A stretch of DNA of 64,000 nt from Pirellulales bacterium. Lineage in GTDB: Bacteria > Planctomycetota > Planctomycetia > Pirellulales > PALSA-1355. The stretch is taken from assembly GCA_040877415.1 (NCBI GenBank), contig JBBDNV010000157.1:230-64229 (forward strand). Reading direction: 5' to 3'. Positions 1-11,061 of this stretch are shown piece after piece; the first letter of the stretch is position 1, and each line of letters begins with the position of its first letter. The translations under genes were made by a program, and so were the position numbers. The notes under the pieces are model-generated. The model saw only the letters and a list, made by a program, of their open reading frames with translations. It did no database searches and was not told the origin of the DNA.

Positions 1-1211
1 TGGTCATCCCGCTGCTGCCGATCTACGCCAAGGATTTTGCCGCCCAGATGGGGCTGGAGGAGGAACACGCACGCGTGGGCCTCGTGATCGGGCTGTTGAT
101 GTCGAGCTTTTCGTTCATGCAATTCCTCTGCGCGCCGTTGTGGGGGCGACTGAGCGATCGCATCGGGCGGCGGCCCGTGCTGATGATTGGGCTGGCCAGT
201 TCGGTCGTTTTCTACACGCTGTTTGGCGTCGCCACGGTGATGAAGAGTCTCGCGCTGTTGTTCGTGTCGCGCATCGGCGCGGGCGTAGCCGGCGCGACGA
301 TTTCGACGGCGCACGCCTATATCGCCGACATGACGACCAAGGAGAATCGGGCCCGGGGCATGGCCCTGATCGGCGCGGCCTTCGGCCTGGGCTTCACGTT
401 CGGGCCGCTGTTCGGCTATTTGGCCGTGCCCAGCGGCGAGGGCGATCCGGGGCCGGGTCCCGGATATGCCGCCGCGGGCCTGTCGACGATCGCGCTGCTG
501 CTGGCCTATTTCAAATTGCCCGAAAGTCTCAAGCCCGACAGCCAGGCTGCAAGGCGGCGTTGGTTCGATCGCAAAGCGCTCGGCGACGCCCTGGCCACGC
601 CGGCGGTCGGCGTCTTGTTGCTGGCCATGTTCGTGTGCGTGTTTTCGTTCGCGAATCTCGAATCGACCCTCTCGCTGATCCTCAGCAATGAAAAGGGAGG
701 GTTTGAATTTGACTTTCGAGAGGTGTGTCTGACCTACGCCTTCATCGGATTTACGCTGGCGTTGGTGCAGGGCGGTCTGGTACGCCCGATCTCCGGGCGG
801 GTGAGCGAGGGCGTCCTGGCCGCCTTCGGCACGCTCGTGGAGATCGCCGGATTCATCGTGCTCGCCTGGGCCACGACGCATCCCTCGTTGCCGTTGATGC
901 TCTCGGGCCTGGCGGTCGTCGTAACCGGGTTTGCCTTCATGACCCCATCGCTCAATTCGCTGCTCTCGCGCTGGAGCGACCCGACGAAGCAGGGGGGCAT
1001 ACTGGGCATCGGTCAGAGCATGTCGTCGCTGGCGCGGATTCTGGGGCCGCTGGCCGGCGTGCCGCTGGTGGAGAATCGTCCGCTGGCCGAAAGCCTCGGA
1101 GTGAAGGCCGCGGAACTGCCGCTGTTTCTGGCCGCCATGATGATGACCGTGGGACTGGCCCTGATCATCACCGCCACCCGCCGCGGCCGCGATTTCGAAG
1201 CCGCGACGTGA
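1..1211 (+). CDS. MFS transporter, TetA/DHA1-like (5' end outside the window)
   Basis: Frame is open from the window start (VIPLLPIYAKDF...). MFS motif A GRLSDRIGRRPV, motif-C-like GAAFGLGFTFGP, many TM helices. Confidence 0.9.
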   Translation, partial: VIPLLPIYAKDFAAQMGLEEEHARVGLVIGLLMSSFSFMQFLCAPLWGRLSDRIGRRPVLMIGLASSVVFYTLFGVATVMKSLALLFVSRIGAGVAGATISTAHAYIADMTTKENRARGMALIGAAFGLGFTFGPLFGYLAVPSGEGDPGPGPGYAAAGLSTIALLLAYFKLPESLKPDSQAARRRWFDRKALGDALATPAVGVLLLAMFVCVFSFANLESTLSLILSNEKGGFEFDFREVCLTYAFIGFTLALVQGGLVRPISGRVSEGVLAAFGTLVEIAGFIVLAWATTHPSLPLMLSGLAVVVTGFAFMTPSLNSLLSRWSDPTKQGGILGIGQSMSSLARILGPLAGVPLVENRPLAESLGVKAAELPLFLAAMMMTVGLALIITATRRGRDFEAAT

Positions 1212-1275
1212 GCGAGTATTCCGCGTTTGTCGACGTCCATCGCCTGGCCGTCCTGCCGCTTGCGGCATAGCACCT

Positions 1276-4200
1276 TCACGGGCTCCCGTATCCGCCGCCG
1301 CCGGGGGTTTCGATGGTCAGCACGTCGCCCGGGCGGGCGCGAAATTGGGCCCGGCCGGGCAAGTGCTCGAGAGTGCCGTCGGTCCTTTGCAGCGTATTGC
1401 GGCCCAGGGCTCCGCTTTCGCCGCCGGCCAGGCCATACGGCGGATAGGGTCCGCGGCGCTCGGAAAGGATCGAGACTTCGAGCGGTTTCAAAAACTCGAG
1501 CCTGCGGATCACTCCGTCGCCGCCGCGCGTGCGGCCATTGCCCCCCGAGCCGCGGCGTATTGAAAACGATCGCACGCGGACCGGATAGCGGCGCTCGAGC
1601 ACTTCGGGGTCGGTGAGCCGGGTGTTGGTCATGTGCGTGTGCACCGCGTCGGCCCCGTCGGCTTGAGGCGTTGCGCCCGCGCCGCCGCAAATCGTCTCGT
1701 AATAGCCGAACGTGGCGTCGCCAAAGAGCAAATTGTTCATCGTTCCCTGGCTGGCCGCCGCCAGCCCCAAAGCGCCCAACAGCACGTCGACCACGCGCTG
1801 CGACGTTTCGACGTTGCCGCCGACCACGGCCGGGCAATCTAGGGCGCGCTCCTGTTCCGTGGGGTTCAAGAGTCCCGGCGGAATGATGATCTCGACCGGC
1901 GCAAGCACGCCCTGATTCAGCGGGATGTCTTCGGCCAGCATCGAGCGCAGCACGTACATCACCGCGGCGGTCGTGATCGCCCGATTGGCGTTCAGGTTGC
2001 CCGCCACGACCCCTCCCGTGCCGGTGAAGTCGACGGTGGCCCGCTCGCCGTCGATGGTAATGGTGACGGAAATTGGCGTGCCGTCGTCGAGATGATCGGT
2101 AAACGGGTACTTGCCGCTGGCGACGCGGGCCAGGGCGCGGCGGACTTTTTGTTCGGCCGCGCGTTGAATGTGTCCCATGTAGGCTTCGACGACGTCGAGC
2201 GAATAGCGCTCCACCAGCCGCACCAGATCACAGGCGCCGCGATGGTTGGCGGCCACTTGGGCCGCGACGTCGGCCAAATTGGCTTCGACGCTGCGCGTGG
2301 GATAGGGCCCGGCGAGCAGAAGCGACCGCAGCTCGGCCCAGCGCTCGTTGCCGCCGTCGATCAGCTTGAAGTTGCGGATGAGCACCCCTTCTTCCGCCAG
2401 GTTCTTGGAAAACGGCGGCATCGAGCCGGGCGTGATGCCTCCCAATTCGGCGTGATGGGCTCGGCTGGCCGTAAAGAACAGCAGCCGGCCAAAGGCGTCG
2501 TGCACCGGGGTGATCACGGTGATGTCGGGCAGGTGCGATCCGCCGCGATAAGGATCGTTGGTCACAAACACGTCGCCCGGGCGCATCGCGGGATTGTCGG
2601 CGATCGTGCGGCGCACGGTCTCGGCCATCGCGCCCAGGTGCACGGGTATGTGCGGGGCATTCACGACCAGGTCGCCCGCGGGCGTAAACAGCGCGCAACT
2701 GAAGTCGAGCCGCTCCTTCACGTTCACGCTGCTGGACGTGTTGCGCAGCGTGATGCCCATCTGCTCGGCGATGGCGGCGAACTGGTTGTTGAAGATTTCC
2801 AGCATGACCGGGTCGGCTTCGGTCGAAACGCTAGCCGGCGGCGGCGGTTCGTCGGACTGCTCGACGAGCAATTCGCCCCCGCTGAGCACCTCGGCCTGCC
2901 AGTGGGGGTCGATGACGGTGGTGGACGCCGTCTCGCACACGATCGCCGGCCCGCGGATGCGATCGCCCGCTTGCAACTGCCCGCGATCGAAGATTCTCGC
3001 TTCGACCATTTGTCCGCCGAAGTAGGTGCGAGCGGTCGCGTCGCTTTTGGCTTCGCGCGGCGCCGCGCGCGTCGAAGGGCTCAATCCGAGAGACGACCGG
3101 CCGCGGGCTTCGACGCGGGCGGCGACAATCTCAAGCGGGCGCTCGTGGTGTACGTAGCCGTACAATTTGCGGTGTTCGGTCCGGAACGCGTCGGCCACGG
3201 CGGGGGCCGTGCATGCCGCGGGGCAGGGGAGCGTGAGCGAGGCTTCGACGCCGAGGTAGCGCAACTCGAGAAATCGGCTGACGGCGATCTGCTCGCGGGC
3301 AATCCCTTCGCCGGCGACGCCTTCGACCGCTTTGCCTTCGAGCCCGGCGAAGACGCCCTGGATGCCCTCCAGCGAATCGCGCGAAAGAAGCTCATAAACG
3401 CCGGCCACCTGATGCCGCTCGACGTCGGCCAGCCCAATGCCGTAGGCGCTCAAAAGTCCCGCGGCGGGATGGTGCAGAATCTGGCGGATCCCGAGCTCGC
3501 GGGCGACGGCGCAGGCATGCTGGCCGGCGGCGCCGCCGAACGGCACGAGCACGTAATCGCGCGGATCGCAGCCTTTGGCCACGGAGATCGAGCCGATGGC
3601 TTTGGCCATGCTGGCATTGGCCACGCGCACGAAGCCTTCGGCCAGTTCGAGCGGATCGTAGGGGTGGCCGCTTTCGATTTTGATCCGGTCGATCCATTCG
3701 GCGAGGCGCGATTCGGCGGCCGCGCGATCGAGTGGAAACGGAAAGCGGTCGGGCGGGATCTTGCCCAACAGGAAATTGACGTCGGTGATCGACAGCGGCC
3801 CGCCGCGGCCGTAGCAGGCCGGTCCCGGATCGGCCCCGGCGCTGTCGGGCCCGACGACAAGCTTGACGCCGTCGAAGCGGCAGATCGATCCGCCGCCGGC
3901 CGCCACCGTTTCGATGGCCATCATCGGCGCCACGACGCGGACGCCCGATTTTTCGGTTTCAAATTCCAATTCAAAGCGGCCGTCGAAGCGCGACACGTCG
4001 GTGCTGGTGCCGCCCATGTCGAAACCGATCGCGCGGCTGAATCCGGCCGCCTGCGCCACGCGCGAAAAACCGACGACCCCGCCGGCCGGGCCCGACAGGA
4101 TGCTGTCCTTGCCGACAAACTGATCGGCATCCACCAGCCCTCCGGCGGAAGTCAGCAGCCGCAGAGAGCTGTCGGGCAAATGGTCGCGCAGGTCGTGCAC

Positions 4201-5079
4201 GTAGCGGCGCAGGATGGGGTTGAGATAGGCGTCCATCACGGTGGTGTCGCCGCGCGAGACGATCTTTACCAAGGGAGCGATGCGGCTCGAGATGCTGATT
4301 TCCTCGAAACCGACGTCGCGCGCCACCTCGGCGACCAGCTCCTCGTGATCGGGCCGCACGAAGGCGTGCAACAAACAGACGGCCAGCGATTCGATGCCCG
4401 ACTTCCTGAGCGATTCCAATTGCGTGCGGACTTGACCGGCGTCCGGGCTGGCCAGCACGCGGCCTTCGAAGTCGACCCGTTCGTCGATTTCCACGACGGC
4501 GGCAAACAGAGGCTTTCGTTTGCGAACGGCCAGCTCGAAAATCCGCGGGCGATTCTGATAGCCGACGTGCAGGATGTCGCCGAAGCCGCGGGTCGTCACC
4601 AGCGCCGTTTTGGCTCCGCGGCGCGTGATCAGGGCGTTGGTGCCGCGCGTCGTTCCCAATCGCACGGCGACGCCGGAGAGCGGCATCGCAAGCGGCATGC
4701 CCAGCAGGTAGCGGATGGCGACCAGCGGCGCTTCGTCGCCGCTTGACAGCTCGTAGCGCTGTCCGGGTTGCGGCTGCCGCGAGAGCGGCTCGACAAGCTC
4801 GATGGTCGCCGTCGAGCGCGAAAAGCGCGCGACGGTCGTCTCAGATTCTGCGTTTCCGTGCTCGTCGAGCAGGCGGAAGCGAAAACCGGTCCAGATCTCG
4901 TCCGGATCGTGTCGCCGGGCAGGGTCGGTGATTTGTTTTCGCGAGGACCCGTGGCCGACGGCCCCCTTGATGACTCCGGAGCTGAGCACCTTGTAGTGCG
5001 CGAGCGTGCCGTCGGGCGCGCGAGCGAAACTGTCGGTGAAAGTTCCGCCGACGTCGATCCAAAATTCCCAACTGGACAT
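1276..5079 (-). CDS. Fused hydantoinase A/B / ATP-dependent 5-oxoprolinase
   Basis: [61 protein letters not shown] and C-terminal ETPGGGGYG motifs; 1267 aa. Confidence 0.93.
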   Translation of the reverse strand: MSSWEFWIDVGGTFTDSFARAPDGTLAHYKVLSSGVIKGAVGHGSSRKQITDPARRHDPDEIWTGFRFRLLDEHGNAESETTVARFSRSTATIELVEPLSRQPQPGQRYELSSGDEAPLVAIRYLLGMPLAMPLSGVAVRLGTTRGTNALITRRGAKTALVTTRGFGDILHVGYQNRPRIFELAVRKRKPLFAAVVEIDERVDFEGRVLASPDAGQVRTQLESLRKSGIESLAVCLLHAFVRPDHEELVAEVARDVGFEEISISSRIAPLVKIVSRGDTTVMDAYLNPILRRYVHDLRDHLPDSSLRLLTSAGGLVDADQFVGKDSILSGPAGGVVGFSRVAQAAGFSRAIGFDMGGTSTDVSRFDGRFELEFETEKSGVRVVAPMMAIETVAAGGGSICRFDGVKLVVGPDSAGADPGPACYGRGGPLSITDVNFLLGKIPPDRFPFPLDRAAAESRLAEWIDRIKIESGHPYDPLELAEGFVRVANASMAKAIGSISVAKGCDPRDYVLVPFGGAAGQHACAVARELGIRQILHHPAAGLLSAYGIGLADVERHQVAGVYELLSRDSLEGIQGVFAGLEGKAVEGVAGEGIAREQIAVSRFLELRYLGVEASLTLPCPAACTAPAVADAFRTEHRKLYGYVHHERPLEIVAARVEARGRSSLGLSPSTRAAPREAKSDATARTYFGGQMVEARIFDRGQLQAGDRIRGPAIVCETASTTVIDPHWQAEVLSGGELLVEQSDEPPPPASVSTEADPVMLEIFNNQFAAIAEQMGITLRNTSSSVNVKERLDFSCALFTPAGDLVVNAPHIPVHLGAMAETVRRTIADNPAMRPGDVFVTNDPYRGGSHLPDITVITPVHDAFGRLLFFTASRAHHAELGGITPGSMPPFSKNLAEEGVLIRNFKLIDGGNERWAELRSLLLAGPYPTRSVEANLADVAAQVAANHRGACDLVRLVERYSLDVVEAYMGHIQRAAEQKVRRALARVASGKYPFTDHLDDGTPISVTITIDGERATVDFTGTGGVVAGNLNANRAITTAAVMYVLRSMLAEDIPLNQGVLAPVEIIIPPGLLNPTEQERALDCPAVVGGNVETSQRVVDVLLGALGLAAASQGTMNNLLFGDATFGYYETICGGAGATPQADGADAVHTHMTNTRLTDPEVLERRYPVRVRSFSIRRGSGGNGRTRGGDGVIRRLEFLKPLEVSILSERRGPYPPYGLAGGESGALGRNTLQRTDGTLEHLPGRAQFRARPGDVLTIETPGGGGYGSP

Positions 5080-5127
5080 GCAAACCCCGGACGCTTTTCG
5101 CGCGCTATGCGGTTTTGCGGCGCCGGC

Positions 5128-5931
5128 TCAGGAGGCGACCTGCCGGTCCGGCCCAACGGCAATCGGCTCCAGTCCCGTCAATTCCTGCGTAACGCTCTGG
5201 TGGATGCACACTATGTTGAACGCGATGGTGTTGGGAAACACGTTGTGGAGGTTACCGAAGAAATTGTTGGGGCTGAAATAGAACGGCCTGTGCCAATACA
5301 TCCTGTAAGAGAGCGAATCGATGAGGCGCACCAGCGCGTCTGATTTGTCCGGATTCTCGTTTTCCACGTACATCACCGGCCGGCATCGCGCGATCAGGCT
5401 CGTGCCCCCTTCAATCACTTCTTTTTCCATGCCCTCGACGTCGACTTTCAAAAAGTGGCAGGCGGGCAGATTGAGATCGTCGAGCCGGATCATCGGCACC
5501 GACTCGCCGGACTGATAGCTGCCCAAGGCCAGGCTGCCAAAATTGTTCTCGCGCGTGAAGTCCAGCGTAGGAACGACGATCGAACCGCGCTGGGCGCCGA
5601 CGGCCTGCTGGAAGCAGAAGGCGTTCAGGATGTTGTTCAGCGCCAGGTTGGCGCACAGCGTCTGAAACAGAATCCGCTGCGGCTCAAAGGCCACGACCAT
5701 GCCCGAGGGCATCACTTGCCGCGCGAGAAAAACCGTGTGCGCGCCGATGTTGGCGCCAACTTCCACCACGATTGAATCGGGCTCGATCACCTGGCGAAAC
5801 AGCTCGATTTCACTTTCGCAGTACTCGCCATACAGATCGAGCGATCGGCCGACGACCGTGTCGTGGACGTTGTACAGCATCTGGCCGTGGCGGCAGGCCT
5901 TCTGACGGTTGACTGCCTCGACGCTTGCCAA
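5128..5931 (-). CDS. FkbM-family methyltransferase
   Basis: VVEVGANIGAHT, AFEPQ and LKVDVEGME motifs. TTG start chosen just after a GAGGAG RBS. Confidence 0.88.
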   Translation of the reverse strand: MASVEAVNRQKACRHGQMLYNVHDTVVGRSLDLYGEYCESEIELFRQVIEPDSIVVEVGANIGAHTVFLARQVMPSGMVVAFEPQRILFQTLCANLALNNILNAFCFQQAVGAQRGSIVVPTLDFTRENNFGSLALGSYQSGESVPMIRLDDLNLPACHFLKVDVEGMEKEVIEGGTSLIARCRPVMYVENENPDKSDALVRLIDSLSYRMYWHRPFYFSPNNFFGNLHNVFPNTIAFNIVCIHQSVTQELTGLEPIAVGPDRQVAS

Positions 5932-5953
5932 GACGGTTCTCCTCAAAGCGGCG

Positions 5954-8143
5954 TCAGCCGGCGGACGATCGTTCGTGCACGCAGGCGGCCAACGGGTCCT
6001 TCATCTGAGCAAACACACTCGACCAATCGCCCGGACAAGACTGACGAAACAGCCGCATGGTCGGATACCAGGGACTGTCGGGCCGCTCGCGCATCCACCG
6101 CCAATCGGGCGCGGTCGGCAGGGCCACCCAAACCGGCACGCCCAAGCCCCCGGCCAGATGCGCGGCGGCCGTGTCGGAGGTGATCACGAGATCGAGATTA
6201 CACATCACGGCGGCGGTGTCCATGAAGGCCCCCGCCTTTGTATCCAGCGTACTGCCCAAATCGTAGACGGTAAACCGGCCATCGAGCGCGGCGACCTGTT
6301 CGGCGCCGAGATTCTTCTGCAGATTCACCAGCCGCACTCCGTCGACCTGGGCCAACGGCGCGAACTCGACCAAAGGCATGGAGCGAAAGTGATCGAACGT
6401 ATAGTTCGGGTTCCCCTGCCATACGATTCCGACCTTAAAACCCCTCAGGCTGCGCAAATGACTCCGCCAGACCTTGATCAGCCGCGGGTCGGCCGCCAGG
6501 TAGGGCACCTCGGCGGGAATCGAATCGAGCGTCGTCGCCAGCGCGTAGGGCAGGCTCAGAAGCGGAAGCTGGACGTCGAACCGCGGCAGCGGCGATCCGC
6601 CGGGAATCATGCCGGTATAGCCCGACGCCTTGAGCAACGGAGCAAGCCCCGGCTGGACCTCGAAAAATACCGGCCCGCCGAGCCGCTCGACGATTTTCTG
6701 GTAGCGGATGAATTGCAGCGTATCGCCCAAGCCTTGCTCGGCATGGACCAGCAGCGTCCGACCCTCAAGGGGCGAGCCGTCCCACCGCGGCGCGTCGAAG
6801 CGGCGTCCCTGATAGTCCTTGCACCTGAGGCGCCACTCGTAATCTTGCCAACCGGCTTTGAGATCGCCCCGAGAAAGCCGCGCGAACGAGCGGTTGTAGT
6901 AAACCTCGGCGTAATCGGGCTTGAGGCGGATGGCTTCGGCATACTCTTCCACCGCGTCGTCATCGTGACCTTGAAAATGCAAGGTCGTTCCCAGCAGGTA
7001 GTAGGCACGCGGCAGGCTGGCGTCGGCTGCGATCGCGCGGCGAAACCACTCGACCGCCTTGTCGAACTGGCCTTGCATGTGCATCGCGGAACCCACGTTG
7101 ATCATAGTCTCGGCCGAGTGGGGTTCGATTTCCAGCGCCTTGTGATAGCACGCAAGCGCGTCGTCAAAGTGCTTTTGATCCTGGTGGACGGTGCCCAGGT
7201 TATTGTAGGCTTGCGCGAAGTCGGGCCGCGCCGCGATGGCGCGGCGGAAAGAATCGATCGCCTCGTCGTACTGCTTCCGATCGTGGAGGACCGAGCCCAG
7301 GTTGCTAAGCGCCTCGGCAAAGTCCGGCGACTCGGCCAGCGCCAGGCGGAAGCACTGCTCGGCCTGGTCGAGCCGGCCCAACGTGCGGAACACGCACCCC
7401 AGGTTGTTCTGCGCCGCGATGTGACGAGGGTTGTGGACGACGGCGGCTTGCAGCTCCAGCGCTGCTTCATCGAGGCGATTCTGTGATTGCAGCAGGAAAC
7501 CGAGCCAGTAGTGGGCCTCCGCGTTGGTCGAATCGACGTCGAGCACGCGGCGATAGGTGGCTTCGGCCGCCTGGTGCTTTTTCAACTTCAGTTGCACGCC
7601 GGCCATCGACATGGCGGCCTTGACGTAGGTGGGTTGGGCGGCCAAAGCCGCGGCGTAGCATTTTTCGGCTTCCTCGAGATCGCCCCCGTCGCGCAGCAGG
7701 TTGCCGAGGTTGAAATGCGCCTGGACGAATTTCGGCGCCAGCTCGATCGCCCGCCGGTAGCCGATTGCCGCGTCGGCCTTGCGGCCGCGAAGACCCAACA
7801 GCGCCGCCAGGTTGTAGTGGACTTGTGGGTCGGTCGCGCCCAGCGAAAGCGCCTTGCGGAACGCGGCCTCGGCCTCGTCCAACCGCGAAAGCCCGGCATA
7901 CGCCGCCCCCAAATGGTTGAGATAGATCGGTTTGTCGCCGCCGAGCTGTAAGGCGCGCGAAATCGACTCCACCGCCTCGTCGTTGCGTCCCGCCTGGTGG
8001 GCGGCCACGCCCAACAGGTGCCATGCGTCGGCATGAGTGGGCTCGGAGGCGACGATCTGGCGATAGATCCGTTCGGCCTCGGCGATTTCACCCCGTTGAT
8101 GATGGGCAAACGCAATCGACAATGCTTCGGCAATCGTGGCCAC
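5954..8143 (-). CDS. TPR-repeat protein with C-terminal GT-B (GT9-like) glycosyltransferase domain
   Basis: Many TPR units (e.g. AHFNLGNLL, AYNNLGTV), then EQGLGDTLQF, DLVITSDTAAAHLAGGLG and DWRW...SPWYPTMRLFRQ. Confidence 0.9.
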   Translation of the reverse strand: MATIAEALSIAFAHHQRGEIAEAERIYRQIVASEPTHADAWHLLGVAAHQAGRNDEAVESISRALQLGGDKPIYLNHLGAAYAGLSRLDEAEAAFRKALSLGATDPQVHYNLAALLGLRGRKADAAIGYRRAIELAPKFVQAHFNLGNLLRDGGDLEEAEKCYAAALAAQPTYVKAAMSMAGVQLKLKKHQAAEATYRRVLDVDSTNAEAHYWLGFLLQSQNRLDEAALELQAAVVHNPRHIAAQNNLGCVFRTLGRLDQAEQCFRLALAESPDFAEALSNLGSVLHDRKQYDEAIDSFRRAIAARPDFAQAYNNLGTVHQDQKHFDDALACYHKALEIEPHSAETMINVGSAMHMQGQFDKAVEWFRRAIAADASLPRAYYLLGTTLHFQGHDDDAVEEYAEAIRLKPDYAEVYYNRSFARLSRGDLKAGWQDYEWRLRCKDYQGRRFDAPRWDGSPLEGRTLLVHAEQGLGDTLQFIRYQKIVERLGGPVFFEVQPGLAPLLKASGYTGMIPGGSPLPRFDVQLPLLSLPYALATTLDSIPAEVPYLAADPRLIKVWRSHLRSLRGFKVGIVWQGNPNYTFDHFRSMPLVEFAPLAQVDGVRLVNLQKNLGAEQVAALDGRFTVYDLGSTLDTKAGAFMDTAAVMCNLDLVITSDTAAAHLAGGLGVPVWVALPTAPDWRWMRERPDSPWYPTMRLFRQSCPGDWSSVFAQMKDPLAACVHERSSAG

Positions 8144-8152
8144 GATCTGATC

Positions 8153-9616
8153 CTAAACGGCGTCTATTTTTTCTTGCAACTCGCGGGCCATGGAGAGAAA
8201 CACTTCCCGCCAGTCGCCGAAGGCCGTTTGACGAAACAGCCGCGCCCCAGGATACCACGGGCTGTCGGCGCGGCGGGTGAGCCATCGCCAATCGGGCGAA
8301 AGCCGCAAGGCCACCCAGACGGGCACGTCCAGGGCTCCGGCCAAATGGGCGGCGGCCGTGTCGGAGCTGACGACCAGATCGAGGTTCTTCATGATGGCCG
8401 CCGTGTCCATGAATGGCCCCGATTCGTCGTCGATATGGCTACCTAAATCTACGATGGAAAAGGCATTCCGCAGCGCCGAAATCTGCTCGATTCCCGGACC
8501 TTTTTGCAGGCTGAACAGGCGCGCGCCCCGCACCGCGGCGAGCGGGGCGAAACAGGCCAGCGGGATCGACCGAAACCGGTCGCCGCGATACGTCGGACTG
8601 CCTTGCCAGACGATACCCACCTTAAACCCATCATAGCGCGCCAACTCCTTGCGCCACGCGTGGACGAGTCGCTCGCTTGGTTTCAGATACCCGACGTCGG
8701 CGGGAATCGTTTCCAGGGTCGTGCCGAAAACGTGCGGCAGACTGGCAAGCGACACCTGCGCGTCAAACCACGGTAGCGCCCAACCGTGCGGCACAAGGTT
8801 CTCGAAGCCCGATTCTGCCAGCAAGGGCAACACGGCCTTCGGCACTTCGACGATGACGCGGCCGCATCGCGCGGCCACCAGGGGCAAATAGCGCGCAAGC
8901 TGCAGCGTGTCGCCCAGTCCCTGCTCGGCGTACACAAGCAGCGTCTTGCCGGGAAGCGACGAGCCGTCCCAGGTTGGCTGTGGGAAGTTTCGCGGCTTGA
9001 AAGCCGTCAGGCGCAGCCGCCACTCGTTCTCGGCAAACCCTTCAGCCAACCGGCCCAGGCTGAGCAAAACGAGGGATCGATTGTAATGGGCCGTCGCATA
9101 GTTCGGATCGACGGCCAGGGCCTTCTCCAAGTGCAAAAGCGCTTCGCCGAGCGACCCCAGCTCTCGCTCCACGTCACCGAGGTTGTTCAGCGCCAGCGCG
9201 TGGTTGCCGTTGAGCTCGAGGCTGCGGCGATAGCCCGCGGCTGCTTCCTCCAGCCGGCCAAGATCCACCAGGGCGAGAGCCCGATTGTAGTAGAGATCCG
9301 CATTGCGCGGCTCCAGGCCGATGGCCCGATCGAATACCCCGATCGCGTCAGCCGGCCGACCGGCGGTCCGGTACGCGGCGCCGAGGTTGCTCACATACTC
9401 GGCGACCGGTGGCCCCGCGGCGATCGATTGTTCGAGCATCGCCAGCGCCTCGTCGGTGCGCGACGTTTGCAGGGCCAACAGCCCGAGCATGTGCAGGGCT
9501 TCGGCGTGTTGCGGCTCACGGGCGAGCACTTCGCGATAGATCGACTCGGCGCGCGGCAACTCGCCGCGCCTGTGAAGTTTCAAGCCCAACGCCAGGGCTT
9601 CGGCAATGGTTGCCAT
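8153..9616 (-). CDS. TPR-repeat protein with C-terminal GT-B (GT9-like) domain; shorter paralog of the neighbour
   Basis: Same MATIAEAL start, fewer TPRs, EQGLGDTLQL, SDTAAAHLAGAL and SPWYPGARLFRQ. Confidence 0.9.
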   Translation of the reverse strand: MATIAEALALGLKLHRRGELPRAESIYREVLAREPQHAEALHMLGLLALQTSRTDEALAMLEQSIAAGPPVAEYVSNLGAAYRTAGRPADAIGVFDRAIGLEPRNADLYYNRALALVDLGRLEEAAAGYRRSLELNGNHALALNNLGDVERELGSLGEALLHLEKALAVDPNYATAHYNRSLVLLSLGRLAEGFAENEWRLRLTAFKPRNFPQPTWDGSSLPGKTLLVYAEQGLGDTLQLARYLPLVAARCGRVIVEVPKAVLPLLAESGFENLVPHGWALPWFDAQVSLASLPHVFGTTLETIPADVGYLKPSERLVHAWRKELARYDGFKVGIVWQGSPTYRGDRFRSIPLACFAPLAAVRGARLFSLQKGPGIEQISALRNAFSIVDLGSHIDDESGPFMDTAAIMKNLDLVVSSDTAAAHLAGALDVPVWVALRLSPDWRWLTRRADSPWYPGARLFRQTAFGDWREVFLSMARELQEKIDAV

Positions 9617-9679
9617 GGCAAAGCTGCGTTTTGGGGGGTCAATTCCTCGATCGAGTACCCGAGATTTCCGGGGCGCGGG

Positions 9680-10963
9680 TTATTCTTTGCCGACGGCCAC
9701 CAGATGCGATTCGGTTCGCAGGAACATGCGTCCGTCGGCCACCGCGGGCGTGGCGCGGCTCGTTTCGCCCAGCGGGCAGCGCCCCAACAGCTTGAATCGG
9801 TCGCTGGCCGCCAGCGCCACGACCTCACCTTCGGCCGAAATGCAATACACGCGGTCTCCGACGCGCACGGGCGAACCGAAGTAATTGCCGCCGACGCGCT
9901 CGCGCCAGTGAACCGTGCCGCTGGCCGCGTCGATGCACGTGACGACTCCGCGGTCGCCCCACAGGAACACCAACTCGTCCTTCGCGACCAGCGACGGCAC
10001 ATAGGGGGCGCTTTTGTCGATTTGATAAACGACTTCGGGCTTGTCGCCGTTGGCATACGGCTTGATCGCCACCACGACGTTGTCGCCGGCTCCTGAGCCG
10101 CAGGAGGCCAGAATCAGCCCGCCGGCGACGATCGGCGAGCTCACTGCGCGGCTCGGCAAGACTTCCGCCTGCCAGTTCGTCTGTCCCGAGACCGGATCGA
10201 CGCTGGTGACGCCGTACTGCCGGCTGCACACGATCAGCTCGGCCGCTCCGCCCGGCCGAGTGAAAACACAGGGCGTCGAATAGCAGGTGTTTTGTTCCTG
10301 GATATGCCGGCGCGGCACTTTCCAGCGCGTGGCGCCCGAAGTGCGATCGACGGCGATCAGGAAACTGTCGGCGTCCTGGTCGTTGGTGATGATCAGCAAT
10401 TCGCCGATTAGAATCGGGGAGGTGCCAAAGCCGTGCTGGCTGACGAACGGCCCCAAGTCGGCCCTCCATGCCGATGAGCCGTCGTGCGCAATCGCCAACA
10501 GGGTAAACTCCTCCGGCGTGCTCCAGGCGCAATAGACCCGGTTCTCGTCGACGGTCGGCGTGCTCGAGGCCAGTGTGTTTTGCTCGTGAATCTGGTGCGT
10601 CTGCGACGGGTAGTCACGCTTCCAAAGCAGCTTTCCGTCGGCGGCCGACAGGCACAGCACGTAGCGCGTGCCGTCGTCGGGATTGGCGCTGGTGAGAAAA
10701 ATCTTGTCGCCCCACAGCACGGGGGACGAGTTTCCCTTGCCCTCTAGCGCGGCTTTCCAAAGATAGTCGCCCTCGTTCCACTGGGCGGGAATCGTGGTGG
10801 CCTCGCTTTGTCCCGATCCATTGGGGCCGCGGAACCGCGTCCACTCCTGGGCGCCGGCAACGTTGCCGGGCCCTAGCGCGCTACAGAGAAGCAATACTAC
10901 GATCGATGCCATGCTCACGCTCGCGTGAGCATGCCTCGTTGGTTTCAGAACTGTGGATTGCAT
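9680..10963 (-). CDS. Secreted PQQ-binding-like beta-propeller (BamB-like) protein; start may be at 10912
   Basis: Signal peptide, then EWTRFRGPNGSG, GNSSPVLWGDKIFL and repeated ..G...W propeller blades. Confidence 0.85.
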   Translation of the reverse strand: MQSTVLKPTRHAHASVSMASIVVLLLCSALGPGNVAGAQEWTRFRGPNGSGQSEATTIPAQWNEGDYLWKAALEGKGNSSPVLWGDKIFLTSANPDDGTRYVLCLSAADGKLLWKRDYPSQTHQIHEQNTLASSTPTVDENRVYCAWSTPEEFTLLAIAHDGSSAWRADLGPFVSQHGFGTSPILIGELLIITNDQDADSFLIAVDRTSGATRWKVPRRHIQEQNTCYSTPCVFTRPGGAAELIVCSRQYGVTSVDPVSGQTNWQAEVLPSRAVSSPIVAGGLILASCGSGAGDNVVVAIKPYANGDKPEVVYQIDKSAPYVPSLVAKDELVFLWGDRGVVTCIDAASGTVHWRERVGGNYFGSPVRVGDRVYCISAEGEVVALAASDRFKLLGRCPLGETSRATPAVADGRMFLRTESHLVAVGKE

Positions 10964-11047
10964 AGGCTGCTATCGTGCTCAGGGTCAAGCTGTGGGGGAA
11001 TTCAGTCGGCACTTCGCACGCTCACGCCTGGCGCGAGCATGGCACCC
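10908..11047. repeat. REP doublet, family A (GGGTGCCATGCTCACGC-nn-GCGTGAGCATG)
   Basis: gccatgctcacgctcgcgtgagcatgcc at ~10908-10935 and cacgctcacgcctggcgcgagcatggcaccc at ~11017-11047. The same motif recurs at ~32013, ~32065, ~60111 and ~63237. Confidence 0.75.
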
Positions 11048-11061
11048 ATTCACCGCCGACG

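Noticed and set aside
2092-4746. 884-aa + strand ORF opposite the oxoprolinase, and similar ones at 11260, 30567 and 44476
   Set aside because: Antisense mirrors of real genes with no independent coding signal.
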